Assembly: GCA_965242865.1 (NCBI GenBank) | Contig: CBDETK010000008.1 | Location: forward strand, 1-64,000 | DNA from: Candidatus Latescibacterota bacterium | GTDB lineage: Bacteria; Latescibacterota; UBA2968; UBA8231 | Direction of reading: 5' to 3' | Length of the DNA stretch: 64,000 nucleotides | Shown: positions 21,370 through 31,597 of the stretch, one piece after another | Numbering within the stretch: position 1 is the first letter of the stretch | Layout: the number at the start of each line of letters is the position of its first letter | Translations under genes and position numbers: made by a program | The notes under the pieces: model-generated | Databases searched by the model: none | Seen by the model: the letters and a program-made list of their open reading frames with translations, nothing else | What the model was told of the DNA's origin: nothing

Positions 21370-21782
21370 CGGGAGGGTATTGCACCTGCACCGGACCAAG
21401 CGGACTTGGTGAGTCTCGTCCGCATGGAATCGGGGCCTCCGGCTCCGCACGGGCGATCGCACATGGTTTGGCTTTGACCCCGCCGGTACGATGCGCCGAA
21501 GTGTCGGCTGGGAACGCAGCTCTGCCACAACAGTGGTTCGCTTCGCGGGCAAACCCGTTGACCGGGGTGTCCGCGATACAGGTTCCGTCCCTTGGAACTT
21601 CCAGTGCCCATGAGCCGGTCCCGCGGATTGGTATCATGACAGAGAACGATCTGCCAGCAGTCATGCCCGATGCGCCGTTGGAAGCGTGGCAGTGTCAACG
21701 TCGTGGCCTGTCGGCTTGAATCGGATCGACCCGGGCCGCTCGATACAACGGGCGCAAGGCTGACGAAACTCGCTTGAGCGAC

Positions 21783-22919
21783 ATGCCGACCGACTTGCAC
21801 CTTCCCGATCTCTCGATTCGCGCGTTTCGCGGGATCGACAACCTGCGCGTGCCCCGCCTAGGCCGAGTCACGCTCGTGGTTGGGGAGAACGGCATTGGCA
21901 AGACCACGGTCATCGAAGCGGTCCGAGCCTATGCGTCGCGTGGCAGCACCGATACGCTTGGCGCAATCTTGGCCGAGCGGCAGGAGTTCTACCCGGTTTA
22001 CTTTGATCGCTCTTCCAGTGCAATCAATTGGTCTCCGCTCTTCTTTGGAAGAGATCCGGAACAAGTAAGTGAACTATCCATTGGCCCAAGCGCGGCCGAT
22101 CAGCGATTGCTTATCGAAGCCGATACCTTGTGGATGGGGAACACTCTTCGGACAAACTTAGTGAATCCTGGTTGGGAACACTCGAGCCCGGCAACAACAT
22201 TGTTGCGGATCGGATTCGGCCATTGTAACCTCACGGTAGGTAACAGTCCAACCTTTGATTCTCCGTCGCTCCGCAGGCTACCCGCGAAAACAAATCAGGA
22301 ATTGCCAAAGATCGCAGATCCGGAGCAGGAATTGACCGCTATCGAGTGCCTGAATATTGGTCCAATCGCGATGGACCCTAGCATGGTAGGGAGGCTATGG
22401 CCCAGAGTCGTACTGACAGATTCGGAGGACCTTATATTGGAGGCACTCCGTCTCGTATATGGCTCCGAGGTTGAACGTATCGCCGTGATCTCTCTTGATG
22501 ATCGGGAGGACCATAGAGTTCGTAATCAAGTGGTGGTCAAGATCAAGGGTATTGCAACCCCGGTTTCCATTCAGAGCCTCGGTGACGGAGCAATTCGAAT
22601 GTTCGGTGTTGGTCTTTGTCTCGCTGCTAGTCGCAACGGATTCTTCACGCTTGACGAAGCTGGGAATGGATTACACCACACCGTTCAACATCCCTTTTGG
22701 AGCATGGTCTTGAAGGCTGCTGAGGAAAACAATGTTCAGGTCATCGCGACCACGCACTCGTGGGACAGTGTTTGTGGTTTTGCCGAAGCTATTGCGAATT
22801 CGGGCGATGACAAGGGAGTCTTGGTGCGCTTGGAGCGACACCGAGGATCTCTTCGTGCGGTAGAATACTCCACGAAGCATGTGTCCGTTGCTGCTAGAGA
22901 GGGAATTGAGGTTCGATAG
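21783..22919 (+). CDS. ABC-type AAA ATPase (AAA_15/AAA_21-like)
   Basis: FRGI, Walker A GENGIGKT, signature QSLGDG, Walker B LDEAGNGLH, H-loop TTHS; lower GC. Confidence 0.88.
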   Translation: MPTDLHLPDLSIRAFRGIDNLRVPRLGRVTLVVGENGIGKTTVIEAVRAYASRGSTDTLGAILAERQEFYPVYFDRSSSAINWSPLFFGRDPEQVSELSIGPSAADQRLLIEADTLWMGNTLRTNLVNPGWEHSSPATTLLRIGFGHCNLTVGNSPTFDSPSLRRLPAKTNQELPKIADPEQELTAIECLNIGPIAMDPSMVGRLWPRVVLTDSEDLILEALRLVYGSEVERIAVISLDDREDHRVRNQVVVKIKGIATPVSIQSLGDGAIRMFGVGLCLAASRNGFFTLDEAGNGLHHTVQHPFWSMVLKAAEENNVQVIATTHSWDSVCGFAEAIANSGDDKGVLVRLERHRGSLRAVEYSTKHVSVAAREGIEVR

Positions 22920-22923
22920 TGCC

Positions 22924-23568
22924 ATGCCCACTCCTAGAGAATCAGTGTCAAGAAGTCGGGTCCTTCTGGTTGAAGGGGCAGATGATCGGTGGGTAGTCGA
23001 GCGTTTACTCGAACGGTTGGATCAACCACGATCATTCGATATCTTGCAGGCCAATGGTGTCGATGAACTCATTGATCGCATCGGATCCGAGGTGCTTGCT
23101 CAAGGTCGCGAAGTCTTCGGGGTGGTTGTCGATTCGGACAACGACATTGAGTCACGGTGGCAGGCAATTAGGCGCGAGTTCAAGAGTGTGGACATCGAAT
23201 TGCCAGTTGACAGGCGCACCCGAGGAGTGATTATGCCTAGTATTCCCCGCGTCGGAGTTTGGCTCATGCCGAACAATGTTTCGAGCGGACAACTCGAAGA
23301 TTTTGTGCAGTCAATGATACCATATGATGATCAAGTGTGGCCCTTGGCCGATTCTTTTGTGAATAGCATCCCACTGAATTTACGGGAGTTTTCTCCCAAC
23401 AAGACAGTCCGTGCAAAGCTGTATGCATGGCTTGCCACACGTAAGGAGCCAGGTCCCATGTCAAGAGCAATCCAAGCAAGATACCTCGACATCCACACTG
23501 AATTAGCGCAATCTTTCTTGAGCTTCTTGACTGAACTTTTTGACGAACCATTTGAAGACCAAAATTAG
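22924..23568 (+). CDS. DUF3226-family (TOPRIM-like) protein
   Basis: LLVEGADD, GVVVDSD, VGVWLMPNN, GQLEDF, AKLYAWLA; 4 nt after the ATPase. Confidence 0.85.
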   Translation: MPTPRESVSRSRVLLVEGADDRWVVERLLERLDQPRSFDILQANGVDELIDRIGSEVLAQGREVFGVVVDSDNDIESRWQAIRREFKSVDIELPVDRRTRGVIMPSIPRVGVWLMPNNVSSGQLEDFVQSMIPYDDQVWPLADSFVNSIPLNLREFSPNKTVRAKLYAWLATRKEPGPMSRAIQARYLDIHTELAQSFLSFLTELFDEPFEDQN

Positions 23569-24081
23569 GATCCTAATCAAAGGAGTTGGGATCCAATTCA
23601 CGGTCGCATTTGGCAGGGTCGAGTGGTCACGGACAACACAGGCATGTGATTTCTGTTACCGTTTCTTTGTCGAGATCCATGCATTGATCGACTCAAGCGA
23701 ACAAGCAGCAGACTAGGTTGCACTAAGAGGCAGCGCGCAAGTCGATGTGGGCACGGAACGTGCGCTGGTAATCGTGGCCCGACCGTTGATTCTGCCATGC
23801 TCAGTTGGATTCACCGCTCTTGCCTGAGCGTTTTTCGATGGAGGGGCCAATCGAAGCCTCGGGCATCCGACGGGCACTCGCGTCTCGCCAGTCGACAGGA
23901 ACACTTAGATCCGGATTTGAAGACACCGATATGACGAACCTAGCGGTTGGCAGTTGGACTTCGCATGCTTGACCGCTACGATTCCCCTTGGTACTCTCAC
24001 GTTGACCCGTAGCCTCGGTCCGTCGGTGCGACGAACTCGGCAATCGCATCTCCGGGGTTCTGCGGTCGTGGAGGATTCGCT

Positions 24082-27000
24082 ATGCATCTGCACAACGCAG
24101 CCAAGTTTCTTCTAATCGCGACAGTCGCCGTCCTCTTGCCGGCGGCCGCCTTCGCCCAAACATCGACAGGGCAGATCGCCGGCACCGTCCTGGACCAGTC
24201 CGGGGCCGTGATCCCGGGTGCGAGCGTCGCCGTCACCAACACGGAGACCGGCGAGCAGGTTCGCGCACTGCAATCCAACGAGGTCGGCCGGTTCTCGGCA
24301 CCGCTGCTCCGCCCGGGAATTTATTCCGTGGCTGCCGAACTGGAGGGTTTCAAGCAGTACGTTCAGGAAGACATCCAGTTGCGCGTGGACGAGACGGTCA
24401 CGCTCCGGCTGGTTCTCGAGCCCGGCACGATCACGGAGCAGGTCACCGTCGAGGCCACGGCTGTCCAGCTCGAGGAGACCACGCACAGCATCGGGCAGGT
24501 CGTCGGAGAGACCACGATCCAGAAGTTGCCCCTCAACGGTCGCAACTACTTGGATCTCGGGAACCTGACGGCTGGCACCGTGCCGAATTCTCGCTCGCGG
24601 GACAAGACGTATTCGGCCTACGGCAACCGCGGCTACCAGAACGCATACCTGCTGGACGGCGCGCGCAACGTCAACTACTTGCGCGGCTTGGACAATCGCC
24701 AGCGCGACGCGATGCGCCCGTCGTTGGAAGCGGTCGAAGAGTTCAAGGTCAACACGAGCAACTTTTCAGCCGAGTACGGGGCGTCGGCCGGAGCGGTCGT
24801 CAACGTCGTCACCAAGGGCGGCACCAACGAGTACCACGGCTCGGCCTTCTGGTTCCTCCGCAATGACAATCTGGACGCTCGCGACTACTTCGCTCCGCCG
24901 ACCACGGTAGACCCGCTGTACATCCAGCATCAGGCGGGCGGCGCGATGGGCGGTCCGGTCGTGTCCAACCGCGTGTTCTGGCACGCCGCTTACCAGCGCA
25001 CCCATATCACCGAGGGAACCACCTTGACGGGCAACGTCCCGTCGAGCGACGAGCGCTCCGGTCGCTTCGGCAGCCAGGCCATCTTCGATCCCTTCTCCAC
25101 TCGCCCGAATCCCGCCGGCGACGGATTCGTCCGCGACCAGTTCCCGGGGAACGAGATCCCGGCGTCCAGAATTGACTCCGTTGGCCGCGATGTCGTCAGC
25201 CGCTATCCCGCGCGGGTATTCGAGCGCACGACCCGCAACTACGTGCGCGCTCCGAACAACGGCATTCGCACCGACAACCTCACTGGGCGCGGTGACGTGC
25301 GCGTCAGCGATCTGGACAGCATGTTCGGGCGCTATTCGTTCAATCGGCCCGACTTCCAGCAGAACGCGGTGTTCGAGACGCCAGCCGGCAATCCGGTGGT
25401 GCGCGAAGGCGACGCCTACAGCATCGGGTACGGCTATACGCGCACCTTCTCGCCCACGGTAGTCAACGAGTTTCGCTTCGCTTGGAACCGCATCGGAGTC
25501 GATCAAGATGGCCTGACCCCGCGCGAGGAGATCATCGCCGGGGCGCTGCATCCCGACGTGACTAGCGGGACCCCCACCTTCGGCGTCACGGGCTTCACCG
25601 CGATCGGCGTCGCCCCGCCCGGGTTCGGCAATCTCCCGCTGCTCAAGTCCTCGGCCGTTTGGAATTTCTCGGACAACGTCTCGATGGTCCGCGGGCGGCA
25701 CACGACCAAGTTCGGATTCGACTACCAGATGATTCGCACCAAGACCTCCGCCACGCTTGCCGGGCGGGGGAGCTTTAGCTTCAACGGTGTGTTCTCGCAG
25801 GATCCGCTCAATCGGCCCGCCACCGGCTCGTCAATTGCCGATGTGCTGCTGGGACTTCCGAATTCGATCCAGACTGGCACCCGCGCAACTGCCCGCGAGC
25901 AGCAGCAGAACCTCTATTGGTACGTCCAGGACGACTGGCAGGCCACGTCCAGGCTCACGCTGAACCTCGGCGTGCGCTACGAACTGACCCAGCCGTTCAT
26001 CGAACTCGACAACCGCATGGCCAACTTCATCATGGATCAAGGCGATCCGGACTTCGGCAGTCTGATTCTGGCCGGTGACGGGCGCAAGCCGCGCAGCCTG
26101 CTGGAAACGGATCGCAACAATATCGCGCCCCGCTTCGGCTTCGCCCTGCGCGTCAGTGACGGGATCGTGATCCGCGGCGGGTACGGAGTCTTCTTCGGCC
26201 AGGACGAGGGGACGGGAGTCTTCCGGCGCATGACGAACAACCCGCCGTTCTTCGGATTCGGCGGCATCGGCTTGCCGAGCGACCAAGTGAATCCGTCCAG
26301 CACGATCGCGCTGAGCAGTTCCCTTCCGCCCCGGCCGGATGCGATCGCTCCGCAAGACTTCGTTCTGGATCCGCGCTCGACCGCGCGCCTGCGGAGTTGG
26401 AAGCAGCGGCTGGACATGCCGATGATCCAGCAATGGAACATCAGCATCCAGAAGCAGTTGCCGGGCAACATGCTCTGGGAGGTGAATTACGTCGGCAACG
26501 ACGGCCGGACGCTCTACGCATCCTACGAGGGCAACCAGCCCATGCCGGGCGCGGGATCCCAGAACGACCGCCGCCCGCTGGGGCAGTACACGCGGGCGCG
26601 CATCATCCGCACCGAGCCGTGGGCCACCAGCAATTACCACGGCGTCTCGTCCCGGTTGGAGAAGCGCTTCAGCGGCGGGCTCTCGTTCCTGATGGCGTAC
26701 ACCTTCGGCCGTTCCCTCGACACCGCCAGCAATCTCGGGAACTGCGACGGCTGCGGGCCCTCGGGCGACTACGGCGGCGTGCAAGACAGCCGCAATCTAG
26801 CCGAGAACCGCGGACCGTCGAATCACAACATCCCCCATCGGTTCGTGTTCAGCGGCGTGTACAGCCTCCCCTTCGGCGCGGGCCGCGCCAAGCTGAACGA
26901 CGGCGCGCTCAAGCACCTGCTCGGAGGCTGGGATCTGTCGGGCATCGTGACCTTCTCGGACGGGATTCCATTCACCCCGGCACTGAACTTCGACAACGCG

Positions 27001-27363
27001 AACACCGGAACGATTTCCCGCCCCGACCGCATCGGAGACGGAGCGTTGTCCAACCCGACCATCGACCGGTATTTCGATATCGACGCATTCGTGTTCCCGG
27101 AACGCTACACCTACGGCAATTCGGGGCGGAACATCCTGTACGGGCCGGGCACGAACATGGTGAACTTCGCCTTGCACCGCAACTTCGGGCTGCCGATGAG
27201 CGAGGCGTCCCGGATCGAGTTCCGGTTCGAGGCCTTCAATTTCTTCAACCGTCCGCACTTCGGCTTGCCGGGCCTAAGCATCGGCAACCGGAACGCAGGG
27301 GTGATCGGCGGGACTTCGGAAGCCAACCGTCAGCTCCAATTCGGACTGAAGCTGATCTTCTGA
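24082..27363 (+). CDS. TonB-dependent receptor (Oar-like, carboxypeptidase-regulatory-like N domain)
   Basis: GTVLDQSGAVIPGA, LPLNGRNY, EEFKVNTSNFSAEYG, QDDW, RQLQFGLKLIF terminus. Confidence 0.93.
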   Translation: MHLHNAAKFLLIATVAVLLPAAAFAQTSTGQIAGTVLDQSGAVIPGASVAVTNTETGEQVRALQSNEVGRFSAPLLRPGIYSVAAELEGFKQYVQEDIQLRVDETVTLRLVLEPGTITEQVTVEATAVQLEETTHSIGQVVGETTIQKLPLNGRNYLDLGNLTAGTVPNSRSRDKTYSAYGNRGYQNAYLLDGARNVNYLRGLDNRQRDAMRPSLEAVEEFKVNTSNFSAEYGASAGAVVNVVTKGGTNEYHGSAFWFLRNDNLDARDYFAPPTTVDPLYIQHQAGGAMGGPVVSNRVFWHAAYQRTHITEGTTLTGNVPSSDERSGRFGSQAIFDPFSTRPNPAGDGFVRDQFPGNEIPASRIDSVGRDVVSRYPARVFERTTRNYVRAPNNGIRTDNLTGRGDVRVSDLDSMFGRYSFNRPDFQQNAVFETPAGNPVVREGDAYSIGYGYTRTFSPTVVNEFRFAWNRIGVDQDGLTPREEIIAGALHPDVTSGTPTFGVTGFTAIGVAPPGFGNLPLLKSSAVWNFSDNVSMVRGRHTTKFGFDYQMIRTKTSATLAGRGSFSFNGVFSQDPLNRPATGSSIADVLLGLPNSIQTGTRATAREQQQNLYWYVQDDWQATSRLTLNLGVRYELTQPFIELDNRMANFIMDQGDPDFGSLILAGDGRKPRSLLETDRNNIAPRFGFALRVSDGIVIRGGYGVFFGQDEGTGVFRRMTNNPPFFGFGGIGLPSDQVNPSSTIALSSSLPPRPDAIAPQDFVLDPRSTARLRSWKQRLDMPMIQQWNISIQKQLPGNMLWEVNYVGNDGRTLYASYEGNQPMPGAGSQNDRRPLGQYTRARIIRTEPWATSNYHGVSSRLEKRFSGGLSFLMAYTFGRSLDTASNLGNCDGCGPSGDYGGVQDSRNLAENRGPSNHNIPHRFVFSGVYSLPFGAGRAKLNDGALKHLLGGWDLSGIVTFSDGIPFTPALNFDNANTGTISRPDRIGDGALSNPTIDRYFDIDAFVFPERYTYGNSGRNILYGPGTNMVNFALHRNFGLPMSEASRIEFRFEAFNFFNRPHFGLPGLSIGNRNAGVIGGTSEANRQLQFGLKLIF

Positions 27364-27379
27364 GAGGGCTAGCGGGGAG

Positions 27380-27456
27380 TGGTACCGACGGATGGATTTG
27401 AACCATCGACCTCCTGATCCACAATCAGGCGCTCTAACCAACTGAGCTACGTCGGC
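27380..27456 (-). tRNA. tRNA-His (GTG), non-canonical: no encoded G-1, A73, G1:U72
   Basis: GCCGACG-TA-GCTC AGTTGGTTA GAGC-G-CCTGA TT GTG GA TCAGG-AGGTC-GATGG TTCAAAT CCATC-CGTCGGT-A-CCA cloverleaf. Confidence 0.95.
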
Positions 27457-27535
27457 ATCTTGCCGCACGGGCGCGAGTGCGTCGCAACGATCATCCGTCA
27501 ACGGTACTCCAAGCCCTGAATTTTCAGCATACACG

Positions 27536-29119
27536 ATGGCGATCGAGAAGCAAGCATCAGGACGCTCTCGCCCGTTCAACAGGCGGCGATTCCTAACGGC
27601 CGGTGCGTTGGCGCCGTGGATTCCGACCGGATTCGGAGCGGCTGCGGAAGCTCCTCCGGCTCTGCGGCTCGAGTACCGTGTGCAAACCCCGCCGCCGCTG
27701 CCCCCTCCGTTCGAGATCGACCCGCCGGCTCGCGTGACGGTCGGCTTTCAGGGCACCGGTGACCGGGCCCGATGCTGGCTCGGCCTGCATGTCGCGCGCA
27801 ACGGCAAGTCGGGCCTGTTGCCGCTCGCGCTGTGGATCGAGGATGCGCGGCAATACTGGGAGGCCCGCGAAGCCCTGCGCCTGCCTGCCTTCCGCGGTTC
27901 GGTCGCTTGGGACAGCGAGACGTGGAGTCTATCCGTTGGCGGAAGGAGGGAGTTCACGGCGCGGCCCTCCGCCAAGGAATCGGCCGGTGACGCAGGAGCA
28001 CCTCCGCTGCCTTGGTACACGTATTCGTTCGCGCTGTCTCCGGACTGGACTGTCGGTCCCTTCGCGGAAGAGGTACCGGAACTGTGGCGACTGCAACCTC
28101 TTTCCGCAGAGCCGTCACTGCGGTTGGATCCGGCGGCCTGCACCGTGGGTGGCGGGCTTGGCGGATGGCTCGCCAAGCTAGGCGCTTCCGACTTGATCGC
28201 GGCGTCGGCTGGCAGCGGCTCGCCTGACTGGCAACCGGAATTCGTACAGGTTGTCGATGCGAGCTCGCTGGAACCGTTCGCGTTCCGAACCTACAGTCCC
28301 GGCTCACTGCAACTGGTTCCGCGTGACACGCAATTCGTCGCGCCGCCGGATATCGCGGCCTATCGCGGGCACCGCCATCTTTTCCAAACCGGTCTAGCGG
28401 TCGTGTCCGTGGATGTCTTCGGCGGCTCGCAAGCGGCTCAGGGGTTGCTTCCGCCGCCTTGCGAGCCCATCCCGAACGCTTCGCTCCGCGCTATGGCTGT
28501 CCGCGGTCTCGACGATCCGCGCCACGACGAAGCGTGGCTGCTCGTCGAATGCGCGTTGCAGGGCAGGCGGGTATGGTACGCGCTCGCGCATCTGCGATCC
28601 AGCCTCGGGGCCTCGGAATTCGGCCGCGAAGTGCTCGGATACCCCACCAAGGACGGCACGGTGACCGCGACGATCGGCGGCAATCGATTCGGTTCGGGGG
28701 TCTCGCGACGCGGCGCGAGCCTGTTCCGAGCCGACGGATTCTACGGAGGGTTCTCGACAGGGACCTCGCTCGCCGAGATGAATGTCGCTACCTTGCGGTC
28801 GCGGCCTGCCACGCGCAACCGGGCCGTGCATGGCGAGATCGTGACCCAGTCGTGGTACTTCCAAGGCTTGCGACAGCCCGCGAATCCAGCGAGCTTGGAC
28901 GCGTCGTTCCCCGCCGGGAAAGGCCGGGAGGTCTGGAATCGAATCGGGCCTGTGCGGCCCTACGCTGCCTTGGTGCTCGACGGCGCAGCGATGCAGCGAT
29001 TGCCTGGAACGGTGGCGGCCGAGGTCGCGGACATCGCGCCCTACTATCGCGACCGCTGCGACGGCGCGTTGCCTTGGGAAGACATCGGCCCGACGGTCCA
29101 GGCCGAATCCTCGGACTAG
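27536..29119 (+). CDS. Tat-exported acetoacetate-decarboxylase-like protein
   Basis: FNRRRFL Tat motif; C-terminal half LLPPPCEP...DEAWLLVEC...FGREVLGYPTK resembles ADC family. Confidence 0.65.
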   Translation: MAIEKQASGRSRPFNRRRFLTAGALAPWIPTGFGAAAEAPPALRLEYRVQTPPPLPPPFEIDPPARVTVGFQGTGDRARCWLGLHVARNGKSGLLPLALWIEDARQYWEAREALRLPAFRGSVAWDSETWSLSVGGRREFTARPSAKESAGDAGAPPLPWYTYSFALSPDWTVGPFAEEVPELWRLQPLSAEPSLRLDPAACTVGGGLGGWLAKLGASDLIAASAGSGSPDWQPEFVQVVDASSLEPFAFRTYSPGSLQLVPRDTQFVAPPDIAAYRGHRHLFQTGLAVVSVDVFGGSQAAQGLLPPPCEPIPNASLRAMAVRGLDDPRHDEAWLLVECALQGRRVWYALAHLRSSLGASEFGREVLGYPTKDGTVTATIGGNRFGSGVSRRGASLFRADGFYGGFSTGTSLAEMNVATLRSRPATRNRAVHGEIVTQSWYFQGLRQPANPASLDASFPAGKGREVWNRIGPVRPYAALVLDGAAMQRLPGTVAAEVADIAPYYRDRCDGALPWEDIGPTVQAESSD

Positions 29120-30435
29120 ACCACTTCCTCTTGGGCCCGGTCCAGCCGCTCGTCCAGCGAGAGGAACGTCCGCTTGCCCGGCCCGGCGTAGATCTGGCGG
29201 GGGCGCGCGATGCGCTTCTCGGGATCCGACATCAGTTCTTCCCAATGCGCGAGCCAGCCCGCGACCCGTCCGATGGCGAACAGGACGGTGAACATCTCCG
29301 GCCGGAAGCCCATGGCCTCGTAGATGATTCCGGAGTAGAAGTCGATATTGGGGTAGAGCCGGCGCTTGACGAAGTAGTCGTCCTCCAGCGCGATCCGCTC
29401 GAGTTCCATCGCCAAGTCGATCTTCGGGTTCTTGCCCGTGACCTCGAAGACCTCCTCCGCCACCCGCCGGACGATCCGGGCGCGTGGATCGTAGTTCTTG
29501 TAGACCCGGTGTCCGAAACCCATCAACCTCCGCTCGCCCGCCTTGACTTGCTGCATGAATCCCGCGATGTTCTGTCCCGAACCGATCTCGTCGAGCATCG
29601 TCAGAACCGCTTCGTTCGCCCCTCCGTGGAGCGGGCCGTAGAGTGCGGAGGCGGCCGCGGCCACGCTCACGTACGGGTCCGCGTCCGCGCTAGCGACCTG
29701 ACGCATGGTCGAAGTCGAGCAATTCTGCTCGTGCTCGGCGTGCAGGATGAAGAGCGTGTCCAAGGCTTTGCCCAAAGTCTCGAGCGCGGCTTGCGTGGGC
29801 TGCCGGCGCGTGCCGTTCCACAGCATGTGGATGAAGTTCTCGCTGTACGTCAGGTCCCAGTTCGGATCCGGGTACGGATAGCCTTGGCTCTTGCGGTACA
29901 CGTAGGCCGCGATGGTCGGAATCTTGCTGACCAAGCGCACTTGCTGCCGACGCCGGTTGCTCGGGCTGCCGATGTCCTTCGCGTCCGGATAGAAGGTGGA
30001 AAGCGCGGCGACCGTGCTCACCAGCACGCCCATCGGGTGCGCGTCATACAAGAAGCCGTCCATGAACTTCTTGACGTTCTCGTGAACCCGCGAGTGCTCC
30101 ATGACCTCTTGGTCCCAAAGCTCCAACTCGCGGCGAGTGGGAAGATCGCCGCTCAGCAGCAGGTAGGCGACCTCCGTGTAGCTACAGTGCTCGGCGAGTT
30201 CCTCGATCGGGTAGCCGCGGTACCGGAGAATGCCGTTGGCTCCGTCGATGTACGCGATGCGGCTCGTGCAAGCGGCCGTGTTCGTGTAGCCCGGGTCGTA
30301 GCTCAGCATCCCGAACTCGGTGGGGTGCTGGCGGATCGGCCTCAGGTCCTTGGCCTGCACGGACGAGTTCTGGATCGGAAGGACGTGCTCGCGCCCGGTG
30401 CGCGAGTCCTTGACTGTCAGCGTGCCTTCTTCCAA
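29116..30435 (-). CDS. gltA: Citrate synthase
   Basis: YDPGYTNTA, GILRYRGYPIEELA, HAEHEQNCST, GPLHGGANE, GFGHRVYK, YPNIDFYSG. Confidence 0.96.
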   Translation of the reverse strand: MEEGTLTVKDSRTGREHVLPIQNSSVQAKDLRPIRQHPTEFGMLSYDPGYTNTAACTSRIAYIDGANGILRYRGYPIEELAEHCSYTEVAYLLLSGDLPTRRELELWDQEVMEHSRVHENVKKFMDGFLYDAHPMGVLVSTVAALSTFYPDAKDIGSPSNRRRQQVRLVSKIPTIAAYVYRKSQGYPYPDPNWDLTYSENFIHMLWNGTRRQPTQAALETLGKALDTLFILHAEHEQNCSTSTMRQVASADADPYVSVAAAASALYGPLHGGANEAVLTMLDEIGSGQNIAGFMQQVKAGERRLMGFGHRVYKNYDPRARIVRRVAEEVFEVTGKNPKIDLAMELERIALEDDYFVKRRLYPNIDFYSGIIYEAMGFRPEMFTVLFAIGRVAGWLAHWEELMSDPEKRIARPRQIYAGPGKRTFLSLDERLDRAQEEVV

Positions 30436-30635
30436 GCGAGCCCTCGCAACTCCGGTGCCGGTGCCGGAGATTCAATTGCCAAGGATAGCAAACCGCCTCG
30501 GTCCAGGAGCCCCAGCTCGTTGCGGACCGCGTGGCCGGGGGCGTCTTGCGCCCGGCGGACCGCCGCTCCAGCTGTCCCAACCTTACCCGCCCCGCAGACC
30601 TCCCCGCTACCGGCTTGGCATCATGATTGCGGGCG

Positions 30636-31472
30636 ATGGAACGAATGACGCGGCTAGCGGGGCACCTCCCTCCGGTGCCTCGACTTGGAGTGGCCACTCG
30701 CGGCAACACGACATTGGCCGTCGACGACGTCCACTACGCGATCGAGCGCGGCGTCCGGTACTTCAATTGGTGCGGCAAGCCGGATGGCCTGTCTCGCGCC
30801 GTCGCGGAAATCGGCGCGCGCCGTCCCGCACTCGTACTTGCCGCCCAACTCAAGGCACGGTCGGCCGACGAAGCCGAGCGGGAGATGGACCGGATTCTCG
30901 AGGAGACTCGATCGGAGCGCTTGGAGGTCGGCACCCTCTACTACGTCGAATCCGAGCAAGAGTGGCGCGAGATCGTCAAGCCCGGAGGGGCTTGGGACGC
31001 GTTCGCCAGGCGTCGAGAGCAGGGGCAGCTCGCCCTGCTCGGCATCACGAGCCACCAACGCGCGCTGGCCGCGTCATGGGCCGCCGAGCGGGCTCCTGAC
31101 GGAAGCCCGCGCCTCGACATGCTGATGGTGCGGTACAACGCCGCGCATGTCGGCGCTGAGCACGACGTATTCCCCGCCGCCTCGCGTTTAGGTGTCCCGG
31201 TGGTGACGTTCACGGCCTTGCGCTGGCGGGACCTGCTCGAGCCGACGCCCACCGATCCGCCCGGTTTCCGACCGCCGACCGCGGCGGAGTGCTACCGCTT
31301 CTGCATGGGATGTCCCGGGATTTCGGTCGTGCTGGCGGCGCCGAACGGACGCGTTGAGCTGGAGGAAGACATGGCGGCTCTCGACAGCACTTCAATTTTG
31401 GAGGAGCCGCGCGAGCGCGCCATTCGGGAGCACGGGAACAGAGTACGCGCATACCGACGGGAGTTTCCGTGA
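30636..31472 (+). CDS. Aldo/keto reductase-like protein
   Basis: RLGVA, AIERGVRYF, LGITSHQR, MVRYNAAH TIM-barrel pattern. Confidence 0.75.
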   Translation: MERMTRLAGHLPPVPRLGVATRGNTTLAVDDVHYAIERGVRYFNWCGKPDGLSRAVAEIGARRPALVLAAQLKARSADEAEREMDRILEETRSERLEVGTLYYVESEQEWREIVKPGGAWDAFARRREQGQLALLGITSHQRALAASWAAERAPDGSPRLDMLMVRYNAAHVGAEHDVFPAASRLGVPVVTFTALRWRDLLEPTPTDPPGFRPPTAAECYRFCMGCPGISVVLAAPNGRVELEEDMAALDSTSILEEPRERAIREHGNRVRAYRREFP

Positions 31473-31597
31473 GTTCGTCGTCAGACCTTCGCTGAGAGCC
31501 CTTCCGAGAGCGTTGCAATCGCAGGATGCACTGGCTCATGAGTTCTAACGCGGCCGCGAGGATTCCGTCGTAGTCACGTAGGAGTTCGATGGAACAG

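Noticed and set aside
10535-30648. Long alternative ORFs (e.g. 10535-12502, 12285-14150, 15777-17762, 19482-21191, 28459-30648)
   Set aside because: Shadow frames overlapping well-supported genes, mostly Arg/Gly/Pro-rich; expected in high-GC DNA.
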